From the NCBI GenBank assembly GCA_965644295.1, contig CBFFRP010000014.1, positions 1-64,000 on the forward strand: DNA of 64,000 nt, given 5' to 3'. Both the position numbers and the translations under genes were made by a program. Below the pieces are notes generated by a model. That model saw only the letters and a list, made by a program, of their open reading frames with translations, did not search any database and had not been told where the DNA came from. Of this stretch, positions 1 to 11,054 are shown piece after piece (the stretch's first letter is position 1; each line of letters opens with the position of its first letter). This DNA is from Paraphysomonas bandaiensis. Lineage: Eukaryota; Protista; Chrysophyceae.

Positions 1-640
1 GATGTTAATATGGTGACATTGTTGATGACAGTGAGGAGTGCTCAGGAGGTGTGGTTTATCGGATGAGGTGTTCATTGTTGTGTGGATCACACCTCCTGAG
101 CACACAGACAGACACACACATACACACACACATACATATAGAGGGATGGATCTTCAGAGTCAGTATCTTCTGATGTTAATATGGTGACATTGTTGATGAC
201 AGTGAGGAGTGCTCAGGAGGTGTGGTTTATCGGATGAGGTGTTCATTGTTGTGTGGATCACACCTCCTGAGCACACAGACAGACACACACATACACACAC
301 ACATACATATAGAGGGATGGATCTTCAGAGTCAGTATCTTCTGATGTTAATATGGTGACATTGTTGATGACAGTGAGGAGTGCTCAGGAGGTGTGGTTTA
401 TCGGATGAGGTGTTCATTGTTGTGTGGATCACACCTCCTGAGCACACAGACAGACACACACATACACACACACATACATATAGAGGGATGGATCTTCAGA
501 GTCAGTATCTTCTGATGTTAATATGGTGACATTGTTGATGACAGTGAGGAGTGCTCAGGAGGTGTGGTTTATCGGATGAGGTGTTCATTGTTGTGTGGAT
601 CACACCTCCTGAGCACACAGACAGACACACACACACACAT
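1..640. repeat. Tandem array of identical 171-bp units (3.7 copies visible, open at left edge); each unit has a 66-nt hairpin and a CA-rich tract
   Basis: GATGTTAATATGG recurs at 1, 172, 343, 514; inverted repeat GTGCTCAGGAGGTGTG (38-53) / CACACCTCCTGAGCAC (88-103) in each unit. Confidence 0.97.
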
Positions 641-1157
641 ACATCCGAATGCCGCAGAGCTGATACCAGTCTCAGATAACACTTCTTACTATGTGGTTCA
701 GAGTTGCAGGCTTATAACTGCCTTCCAGGAAGGTCTTCATGACAGTGTTTGGTCACGAGGCTGTAGCACTGAGCCTCATACAGTGGATGTGAGAGAGATG
801 CTGAACCTCCATAGGGGACAAGGATACGATATGTAAGTATATCCTCTCCACAACTATATCGCAGATGCACTGACACTGACGTTGCATAGTGTTCTAACGT
901 GCACAATCAAATGATGGTATATTGTTTTGTCTGTTTGTACTTGTTGGACCTCTCCACACGAGTCCACTCTCCTCAATCCACTGTAGAGGCTCTGTGCTAC
1001 AGCCTCGTGACCAAACACTGCCATAAAGATACATCATGTGACCTTTCTGGAAGGTGGTCATAAGCCTGCAGCTCTGAACTACGTAGAAAGAGTGTCATCT
1101 GAGAATGGTATCAGCTCTGCAGCATTTGGATGTACGTGTGTGTATCAGTCTGTCTGT
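617..1157. other. Long imperfect foldback: arms 617-797 and 967-1157, loop about 170 nt; candidate hairpin-RNA locus
   Basis: Arms are reverse complements with mostly transition mismatches; perfect 27-bp stretch 743-769 / 994-1020. Confidence 0.9.
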
Positions 1158-1505
1158 CATGATGCAGAAGAAAGGACTGTTACTACGAAAGCTTCGTGCT
1201 TCAAAGGCATTTCATGTAACCTTTAACCTGCCGTAAGTAGCTAGAAACCACACTGTGTTTCATTTATGGTATTATATTTAAAGTAGTATAGTACCTAATC
1301 ATGTGTTGTATGTGTATATATAGTTACGTTGATGCGAGATTTTCAGAAGTAGTAATACAGTAGATTTATATGAAAAGTAACAATATAATACAATATTTTA
1401 GTAAAATATTTTTAAAATATATTATAATTGAAAATATACAAACAACTAAATTTTAATTATCATTCACCCTAGTCTTCAAATAAGTACATATACAACATTT
1501 TTGCA

Positions 1506-1555
1506 TATATGAAACCTGGTGAAATCACTTTACCAGGTTTCATGATCACACCGAC
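1506..1555. mobile_element. Right terminus of a GTCG...CGAC-family DNA transposon, abutting and 5'-truncating the transposase gene that follows
   Basis: TATATGAAACCTGGTGAAATCACTTTACCAGGTTTCATGATCACACCGAC closely matches the right TIR region at 42155-42204. Confidence 0.75.
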
Positions 1556-1560
1556 TTCAT

Positions 1561-3278
1561 ATCAAGCAGCACTTACAAGGTATTCTTATGCATGGTCGCA
1601 ATATCAGAATGTACAGGAGTTTTGCAAATGTATCTGTGAATGCTAGCTATTGTGTCCATACGTGGCTACTCAGTTTGGAAGAGCAATACCTAGAAGGAAG
1701 ACTTCCGAACACGATATTTCATCAAATTGATGGAGGGTCTGAGAATGCGAATGTCTTATATTTAGCCATCTGTTATTTACTTGTTGCGTGTGGTTTGGTG
1801 TCAAAAGTGGTATTGACAAGACTCCTTCCTGGACACACTCATGAAGATATAGATGCGTTATTTGCATTGTTGTGGACTTTGTTGAGAAATGAGTTCGTTT
1901 ACTCCCCTTCAGAATTTAAGACAATGATTATGATGGCGTTTGAAAAGTTTGATGATGTGAAAGTTATTGATGTATTTGCATTCCCTAATTATGCTGATTG
2001 GGTTGCACCATTCATAGATCCTAGCTTAGGCTATTTTGCCAAAACCAATTGGACGCAATTGCAATTTACATTTGAACGAGTAGGTGACACCGAGGGCGAC
2101 AGATATCCGCATTTCGTGAAGTCCACTTACCAGGCATATGCTCAGCAGGAAGTTATTGAAATTGTTGATGACCCAAAGAAAGATGTCATTTGCCCGACTG
2201 GAGAGAAAGAGAACATCACCGGTTTGATTCCGCAGTTGACGAGGGTAACTCAACGTCCGCTCGACACTGAGGAGCCTCTGCTTATTTTGAAGTCCCTTCC
2301 CCCCAAGTCTCACCAAATAACTGTTGACCCTTTCATAAAAGGCTCTCGTGAGATCATCACGGATTGCTGCGACCGTATGATAAACACGTGTACAAGGATA
2401 AAAACCCCGCTGTTGCCAGAGACTGGATTAAGTGGCGTGACGAAGTAACTCCTAAGACGAATATTGCGACTGACTATATTGCAGAGAATCCATTGCACAT
2501 TCCTTTTTTCGATGTCTTGTTCAACGGTCCTACTATTTCGGAATATGAAGTTGGACCCAAGGAGAAAGTAAGTCGGAAATTAAAGTGTGGGACTACCATT
2601 CCTCCAATGAGAGTTGTGGAATCTACTTCATCTGTAAGACATTCTGGTAATAAGAAAGGTCAGCCCGCAAGACGTATTGTAGAAGATGTGGACGGAAATG
2701 ATGTGTCTGATGCTGGACTAACTGCCAAAGCTCAACCTGATGGTCCTCCTAGAAAAAAATCTGTGAGGAAGTCAAAGAATACTACCAGTAGGAAGAAAAC
2801 CGTTCCAAAGAAATCGCTCTCTACTACACCACTTCTTGCTGATGATTGCAATGACAGTTCCGACGAATGTGGAGACGATTTGACTGACTTGACTGAATAT
2901 TTGGAGGATGGTGGTGGAGTAAATTTCAGTGAACTTCGTTTTGAAGTGGGCCAGAAAGTGAGAACCACTCATGGGCTAGTTGCCACTGTGCAATCAGTAA
3001 ATAGGAACGGCACTTACGACATCAAGTACATTCAGGCATTGCATGGAACAGACGAAGGAGTGAAACAACGATTTCTGAAGCCATGCAAAGGTACGTCGCA
3101 TGTTATAGTTATTAGTGTTAATTAACTTTTTTGTAATCTAAAAACTGTCAGAACAACTTCAAAGAATACACGACGACCTACTTATGAAATGGTTATTGTC
3201 AGTGAGAGTGAGAAATGGAAAGATACAGGGGCATTAGATGGTAGTAATGTGATCGTTGGGAAAAGAAAGCGAAGGTAG
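1561..3278 (+). pseudogene. 5'-truncated, frameshifted DDE-type transposase (Sola-like, GHTHEDID class) with C-terminal Tudor-like domain
   Basis: Motifs KQHLQGILMHG, QIDGGSENAN, LLPGHTHEDIDALF; frame change near 2388 joins ORFs 1588-2448 and 2364-3125; FEVGQKV...ATVQSVNRNGTYDIKY; probable intron after 3090, last segment ends LDGSNVIVGKRKRR* (TAG 3276-3278). Confidence 0.75.
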
Positions 3279-3297
3279 TGATAATTGTTTATATAAA

Positions 3298-3770
3298 GTC
3301 GATGGTAAGTAAAAACCTGGTCTAAGTACTAGAATCTGGTCAAACTACTACTTTTGTGTACGAATATGTAAAACGAACATGGAGAACGTGTTGTGATGAG
3401 TGCATATCGTCTTGGAATCGCTTTGTGTTACTGTGTTGCATTATATTTTAAAAGGATATTTTATTCTGGCCGTATTTCTGAGTACTATAAGTGTAGTTAC
3501 GTAACTACTTATAATCAATAATCATTATTGCTTTTTATAAAAACAAATTACATAATAATATATATATAACATAATATAACAATTATCACTACCTTCGATT
3601 TCTTTTCCCACTGATAACAACATTAAAATACCATATATAATGTTCCTGTATCTCTCAATTTCTCACTCTCACTGACAATAACCATTTCATAATATCTACA
3701 TATATTCGTTTCATGTATATTGCATGACAATTTCATAACATCCTCGATCATATTTGCTTCATCTTCATCA
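3298..3770 (-). mobile_element. 3' end of a second copy of the same transposon family, inserted tail-to-tail
   Basis: Terminus GTCGATGGTAAGTAAAAACCTGGT at 3298; 3575-3692 is the reverse complement of the transposase 3' end at 3182-3292 (YEMVIVSESEK in both). Confidence 0.7.
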
Positions 3771-3779
3771 GAGAAATCT

Positions 3780-4670
3780 GCTGGTTCTCCACGCCGTATA
3801 TTCTCTACTGTCAGCAGCCTTTTGTCCGGCTTCCTACCATGATTCTTCCCTTTTCTCTCCTCTCCTCTTCTTTTTCTTCGTCGTTGGACAATCAGCAGCA
3901 AGATGTTCCAGAGACTTGCAATTTCTGCATCCTGTATACTCAGCACTTCCAGGACGCTGCCCTGATATCTCTCCATCCTTCTTCCTCTGCTTCCTCCTGC
4001 ACTGTTCAGTTGAATGGCTATGAGGAATTCCTTCTTTCCTGCAATATCTACAATTGCCCTTCTTACGCTTATCCCGTTCTGTTCGAGACCGTTTGCTCTT
4101 TTCAATGAAATTCAGCTCCTCCACCTTCTTGCGTTTCCGCTCCAGCGCTATCATCATACCGTTCGATCTTCCCTGATAATGTTGCATAATCCACATCATC
4201 ATCAGGCATCAAGTACAAAGCAACATTCAAAGGAGCATATTCCTCATTTAACAGACCTTCTCGTAACCGTGTTATTTTTGAGAGCTCCGATATGTCCTGC
4301 TGCTGCTCCTGTAGCTCTTTCAGCAGTATTTCAAACCGTATTATATAGTCCTTCGCAGTCTCCTCCGGACGCATACGGAAAGAGCCATACTGAGTCAACA
4401 GCTCACTGATCTTGTTTTGCTTCCCTCCAGCAAAGCACTTCTTCAACTCATCAATCATAATATGCGCCTTAAACCTGTTGCTTCCTCTTCCATCAGCCTT
4501 GAACCCTTTATGTAAAAGATGGAATTTCTGAAGCGCCTCTTCGAAGATGATTGCATTGCCTCTCTACAGTACGAATACGCTATGGCATTCGCCTTCCAGT
4601 ACTTCTTCACAGCCTGTCTGTAAGACTTCTCCTCCATTAACGTGAGTGGCTTGCAATGGAACTCAGGTTG
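3780..4670 (-). pseudogene. Degenerate Ty1/copia gag (UBN2-like region plus two zinc knuckles)
   Basis: FRMRPEETAKDYIIRFEILLKEL...LREGLLNEEYAPL; CRYCRKEGIPHSHSTEQC and CRNCKSLEHLAADC, spread over several frames. Confidence 0.8.
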
Positions 4671-5965
4671 GGACCTGAGAGCCAAACTCTAAATAAGCTA
4701 AAACTCGCTTTAACAGAGAGAATGCTGCTTATTATTACTCTATACTACTTCTGCAGTACTAAATGCTTCTCGGCACCCCAAGAAACTAAAGCACAACTCA
4801 CCAGCTATGCAGTTCAGTACTAAACAGAAAAGTGACGAGCTACAACAACCAACAAAGAGAGAACAAGCTTAACTAAAAAGAATGACGATGCGCTTGAGCG
4901 TTGACAGCCACACAGTGACTAAATCCAAATTTTCTGCGAAGGAGTGACGATATTTATGAATATTCTTGGAGAATTCTTCTTCTTCATACTCTACACATTA
5001 ATGTATGGACTCTGCCGTATACACTCTCAACTGCTGCTCATCTAAACGATAATGGACACTCGACCAATCAGCATTGAGAATAGGGAAAGCATTGGTTCAG
5101 TATTCGCTTCCTGTATTTATACAGTGTAGGGTACAGTATACTGACACCGTATACCTACGAGTGATATAGACGCATACATACGATAGAGGAATACTGCAAA
5201 TACATCATATACAGTGTATACGGTATACAGTGCGGTTGCTGAGAGGAGATGCAGCTTGCTCCTAACTGCCATCTTAATGTGATTGCAGCACACATACCGA
5301 ACATACTTATAAGCGAGCAGATTATCGTGAAAATTGAACAATATGTCCAGAGATGCATTACCATTGTACTCGCTAAAGACCACTGCTTCTTCAATTGCCG
5401 ATATAGAGTACGAGGCGATATAGTATATTGACTGTTCAGCATCAGTACGAGGGTCCACACAGTGTGATGATCAAATGGAAGGTACCGTAAAATCATGTAA
5501 TCAGTACGTACAGTCATGACAGGTGATATATAGGTCCTTCTTCCAGACAGAGGTGGTCTATGGCAACCCTTAGTCACCATTAATTGGAAATGGATATATG
5601 CACCACACAGAGGCACATAATAACGGTAAAGAAGCCGCAGACGCATCCACTGACTGCAGGAAAAGCACGTATACACTGTTTACGTACTATAGGTGATTGT
5701 AGAAGCTACATATGTGCATTTACAGGCCACTGGTTGAATATAGAGCCATGTACACATATATACCATATATTAGGGTAAGGATACAACATATATATATATT
5801 CTGTAGAAGGGTCACAACCTATACATATATGTGTGGGTGAAAGAGAGAAACTAGGTTAGTATGTACGCATATATATATGTATACATCCAAACTGTAATAA
5901 TAATAACTCTTCAAAAGAATTATATATCACAGCCCAGCATATAGAATAGAAGATAGTGCTGATGA

Positions 5966-6184
5966 TTATAAACCTGCTTTAAACCTGCACAGGTTTACAG
6001 GCTGTTCCCCGAAGTCGCTCTCCTTCGGTGGTGGCTCCACCGCTACTTCACTTTGCTCTTTCCTCATGAGGAATGTTTCGAAGTCTTCAATCCATTGTTC
6101 AACGTTATTCTCGTTGAACTGAGGAACTACTCCTCTATCCTCCTTCTCTCCTCCTCGTTCAATACCATATTGAGAATTGCTCAT
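5966..6184 (-). pseudogene. N-terminal fragment of a Ty1/copia gag
   Basis: VPQFNENNVEQWIEDFETFLM resembles the copia gag N-terminal F-x3-N-x3-W motif; truncated. Confidence 0.55.
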
Positions 6185-6399
6185 TTTAAGCTAGATCACA
6201 GAGAGAATTTGTCAAAAGACTAGATAGATTTATTAATATCGTTTACACGAAGTTGTGATAACCAACACTAACTCATTATAATCCCTGCATAATATCCTAC
6301 ATATGCGAACCTCTCGTTACTGAACATATCTTGAAAGATCAAACTATTTCAGTTTCTCAATATCATCACAGCATTTGTACATCACTGTTAACATATATA

Positions 6400-6740
6400 G
6401 GACATTTCACTGAAGTTAACTTTGCTCTACACGTAAACCTTAACCTTGCTGTTGAACACAATGCACTTTCAATCAAGTAAGAAATTATGATTATTATTCT
6501 GAACACTTCACTACATATTCGTGTAACATATGTTGAAACATCTGTTCTTATATAGCAACATCTGTTTATCATTTATGTTCATTCATCAGTCAGTTCTATA
6601 TCTTGTATAGTCACACATCAGTAACTGAATTTAATTCCTTTGTAACTATAATCACCCGTTACACCTATGAGTTGACTTTACCTATTGCACACTGTTAACT
6701 CACTTCAATTGCACAATATATATCACATCATATTGCAGAA
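6400..6740. repeat. Old dispersed AT-rich repeat; a second copy at about 21615-23180 is split by three insertions
   Basis: Shared blocks CACGTAAACCT(T)AACCTTGCT, AACATCTGTTTATCAT, TCACCCGTTACACC, TTTACCTATT-CACACTGTTAACTCAC, TTGCACAATA. Confidence 0.75.
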
Positions 6741-7055
6741 CTCAACACTCCCACTCAATTGGATGTAGTTATCACCATCACTGTTACAACACCACCATCA
6801 TCATCACCACCACAACTGGCATTATGGCACTGGCTTTTTATAACATAAACTATATAATAAATTTTATTTTATAACTTTTTCTAATTTTCATAAAAGCCAA
6901 AATGCCAGAAAGCCAAAAAGCCAAAACTATATTTTTATTTTATTATAAGATAATTATTTAATATTATATAAAGTAATTAATTTTTATTTAAAGTATAGTA
7001 TTATTAATATAATTATATAGGCCATAATAATTATATTTAAAGAGAAAAGGAAAGA

Positions 7056-7202
7056 GTAATAAAACGAAGTTTTATTACGATACGAGAGCCCTTCTGGCTC
7101 AGGAAGAATGCCTAAGCGGCTTAGAGCGACCCCTCGGCCCTCCGCCTCTCTGTGTGTACAGCAATAGCAAAGATGCTGTTGGGTCCGCCGGGAGCCTGGC
7201 TG
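7056..7202 (-). mobile_element. GC-rich insert, probably a retroelement 3' fragment, replacing the 3' end of the oxidase gene
   Basis: Oxidase homology stops after HFTWMN; insert ends in TAATAAAACTTC, similar to other retro tails in the window; 23-bp palindrome at 7056-7078. Confidence 0.45.
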
Positions 7203-8469
7203 TTCATCCAAGTAAAGTGAAAGCAAACACACGAAAAAACAGTAACGGGAGTTGGTGTCGCATTTTTTAAATAAAATTCCCCATTAGAGGCTGAACATTC
7301 CTCTTTGTGATACTGAGCACTACGTTGACACGGCGAGAGCACAAACTCATCACTCTTTATTACTCTAATTTCTGTTGCCCACACGTAAGGGAGAAATACA
7401 TCTCTAATGGAGAGTATAGCTCTAAATGCTTCAACAGCCACGTCAAAGTTAACAAAGTATTCACTTTGAAGTTCGTCTCCTCCTTTGCACAACGACATAT
7501 TATCAATCAATTACAATACATACGCTACATACCTGCAGATGGTGGTCGGTGCAAATCAAAATGGGGCAATCTTAAGTGTGATGGACCGACTCCCACTTTT
7601 GTGCTTGCTTCTATGTCCCCACGTGGAGAGGAACGCAGGCCTTGGCCTGGTAAGAGTACACCCAAACCTTTGAGTATATTTTGTGGGCAGGACTTACCAG
7701 GAAACCATAACGAGTTGCCATCTCCACGTCTGCTTTTGACCCATAACATATCTGGGTGGGACCCAGGTATCCATGCAGTATATAAATTCACCGAGTATGA
7801 CTTCTGAAAGATGTCACTGTATAGTATCTCCTCAAAGGAGCTATTCAAACCATCAGGGGAATTGATCGAGTAGCGACACTGCATGACCTCGAACTCTGGC
7901 ACATGTTGTAAGGTGAGTCTAATAAATGCTCCCAAAGTCCCCATACTCAGTAATATAAGACTGTACAACTCTGTATCATTACGTTGAATGGTTATAATGG
8001 TACCGTTTGCGAAAACAAGATCCAAAGATAGGACGTCATTCGCCAAGAGTGCGTTTGCTACTCCGGATCCGTGAGTTGCGGTGGATACTGCGCCGGCAAC
8101 GGATATATGCGGTAGCGAAGCGTAGTTACGTAATGCACGCCCATAACTGTACAAGTATTCCCCAAGCTGCCCGTACGTAACTCCAGGTTCTATCGTCACA
8201 GATGTGTGGTCCATTGAAATGATATTATTCAATTTCGATGTAAATATCAGGGCTCCACTGGTATCGCACACTCCGCTGAACGAATGTCGAGTTCCACAAA
8301 CTTTAACACGATCTGAAGTTGACACTATCTTGACCACATCAGCAACACTGCTGTTGTAATGCTGCATATGAGCACTATATTTAATATTTCCTGCCCAATT
8401 AGCGTCCCGATAAGATGAGGAGACTATCCGCATAAACATAACGCAGCGCAACACTTCCATCCAAATCAT
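7121..8469 (-). CDS. Alditol/xylitol oxidase-like FAD-linked oxidase (ALO/GULO superfamily), 2 exons (intron 7483-7532), C-terminally truncated
   Basis: NWAGNIKY, GTRHSF (FAD-attachment His), ASLPHISVAGAVSTATHGSG, RLPHF, ELQSEY, EIR, HFTW; 50-bp GT-AG intron restores frame (PSAG/GDELQSEY); RPHWGK motif absent. Confidence 0.88.
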
Positions 8470-8992
8470 ACCTACTGAATGTAATGTAAAGAGAAGAGTG
8501 TCATTTGCTGATATAACTGCTACAACACGAACAGATTTTAGTGAGTTATTGCTAGTTAGTTAAATTTATTATGCTTAGTGTATGTGAGGAGGGCGTATCA
8601 AACTCCGCATCAATATCCTTCTCAGGCGTAGCGAATGAAATGCACGAAGGGTGTCTATGGTGCAGCCTATTGGCTTACAGTAGATGTGTATACAGGAGTG
8701 TATCAGCTTCTATAGTGTATTGTATACGTGCGTATATTCCTATATATGCATACCGTGTGTGTATGCGAAGGTCAGAACAGGAATTCCTGGAAAGAAAAGT
8801 GCAGTATTCTCATTGTATTGTACGGTATACATACATATGTGCAACACTTCCTTCTATATTCTATACTGTATTCTAGTATGAGGAAGCCACACACGTCCAT
8901 CCACATACAGCACAGTGCCAGTATGAGTATCAGTGTACATGTACATGTACATGCTATTCAAGAGTGTGGTGGAAACATAGAAGAGTATTCAA

Positions 8993-10191
8993 ATGATCCC
9001 GAAGTTTCCTCGTCTATTATCACAATCAGTGCGGAAGCATGTGAGTGTAGCAGGCTTATCCAGCAGCTCAACACATGACTCATCCAGCTGCTGGCACTGT
9101 GGCACAGAACACAATTGCTGTCGTATATTTTGTAGTAATTGTGGGAAAATTCAACCGGTCGGGACATCCTGCTGCAATTATTTCAAGCTACTGGACATGT
9201 ACGTGTTGGGTGTGGGGGGGGGACTCCTCTAACGTGTATTGCAGGCCCGTGACTTTCAAAGTGGACGAAAAGTCTCTCGAGAATAAATACAAAGAGTTTC
9301 AGAAAGTGACTCATCCTGATAAATTTTCAATGGCTTCAGAGGTGCGCTTGTTGTGTTATGTATATTCACACCTTTAGTAGTGTCAGATAGATAATTTTAC
9401 TTACAGATAGAGAAGGAGGCGTCATCGGTGTCATCCAGTACAATCAATCAAGCATACCAGGTAGACAAATAATACACAGTGTATATACGATTCACATTCG
9501 ATGTATATTCCTTCAGGCTCTTCGATGCCCCGTGGATAGGGCAAAATATATGGTAAGTGCGCATTGTGATATGTTGTATGAGTTCAACTGATGTGTGATA
9601 TACCGGGTATGCCCGGGAGTGTGCTATTTCAAGTTTTTAATGAGCGATCGTTTCTACTGTAGCTATCACTGCATGGAGTGAATGCCCTTGAAGAGGATTC
9701 TTCGTTTGAGGACCCTGCTCTTATGGTAACCACACTTTAATCGTTGAATATAACCTCAGCTTCATTGTTTTATTTTCGACAGTACTTTTTATTTTAATGG
9801 CGTACTGTATGACTGTATAGAGGTATTTGTGACATCACATGTGCTTGCAGATGGAGATGTTTGAGCTACGGGAGCGTATTGATAACATTGACCATAGTTC
9901 GCCTCGAGAGGCAGAAGGACTTCTGAATGAATTGAGCGACGACATGAATCAGTTATGTGATGAAATTGAGGTATATGTGGAGAATCCGATGTACAAATCA
10001 CTGAATGGCACTCTGTAGGAATCTTTTCAAGCTGAGAATTTAAAGGCATCCACTCGTGCTGCCGTAAAGTTAAAGTATATTTCCAAGGTATTCTGCTTGT
10101 CCAACTGTCACTTTTTTTGCGCAGATCGTCTAAGCACTCTTTGCAGGCCATGGATGAACTTAGGAGGGTGATAGAGAAAGCGTCGTCGTAG
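8993..10191 (+). CDS. HSCB: Mitochondrial Fe-S cluster co-chaperone HscB/HSC20 (Jac1), about 8 exons
   Basis: Presequence-like N-terminus, CWHC...CSNC metal-binding motif, NYFKLL, J-domain HPDKF, INQAYQ/ALRCPVDRAKYM, MEMFELRE, KLKYISK; short GT-AG introns. Confidence 0.93.
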
Positions 10192-10623
10192 TCATATAAC
10201 CATCGTATTTGCGCATCGTGGTCAATATAGAAATTACCATAGTGGTCGTATTATATTTTGCTTATCTGGTGCCATCGAGATCTTTCATCGTCATCAGATT
10301 TTTTGGTATTGGCAAACTGATAGTTACGTAGTGTTGCGAGTACTAGTTCGTGTTTTGTGGTAAACGATGCAATTGAACATATTATGTGGAGGGATTAGCG
10401 GTACTCGTACTTGTAATCAGCGTACGGATATATATTCTTGCTTCACACCTCCCAAGTTTCATACGCTACTATTTTGTAATAATTATTTTTAAAACCAACT
10501 AATTTATTTGAAATCCTATTACTTGTTCATAACTGAGTACTATGAGTATATAAATGTATTTACCTCAAGTAGAATAGGCGTACATAGTTGTCATTGAATT
10601 GTATATAATAATTAGCGTTAAAA

Positions 10624-10760
10624 CAGGGATAGGGAAAAATATATTGCAATACTATTGTTAGATAGCGTTCCGTCAATAGTATTGATGGAGTTTTTAAACC
10701 AGCCCAACAATACTATTGCAATATATTGTACAATATATTATATATTGCTACCGAATCATG
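10624..10760. mobile_element. Small degenerate MITE-like element (hAT-like CAGGG start)
   Basis: CAGGGATAGGG start, repeated and inverted AATACTATTG / ATATTGCAAT motifs; no clear TSD. Confidence 0.35.
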
Positions 10761-11054
10761 CAGTAGTACATGCGTACGTGAAATGAGGAAGAAAAGACAT
10801 TAGCGTAGGTCAGACAGTAGAGCGCAATATCTACAGAGATGAAACTTATAAAATAAGTACATTTAGATTACTAGACTAAATCTGGCCTAACATTTCATAT
10901 TAACTTACATAGCAATATTGACTATACACGTTCGTCGCATTACACTACCATATTTTATTGTCGTGTATACATTTATCACTAAATAACGTTTCCTACTGCG
11001 TGTTCACATCACACAATAACACATTGCTAAAAACAAATACTATACCACAAAGAT

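Noticed and set aside
1-640. CRISPR array or alpha-satellite (171-bp period)
   Set aside because: Units are identical end to end with no unique spacers and no cas genes; the 171-bp length matches alpha-satellite only by coincidence
2364-2448. Programmed frameshift in the GHTHEDID transposase
   Set aside because: No slippery heptamer at the switch point, and the copy is also 5'-truncated, so decay is more likely
4690-5800. Solo LTR or gene between the two gag fragments
   Set aside because: No paired LTR, TSD or recognisable protein motif could be established
7121-8469. Bacterial contamination or chimeric assembly
   Set aside because: The gene has a frame-restoring 50-bp GT-AG intron like its neighbours
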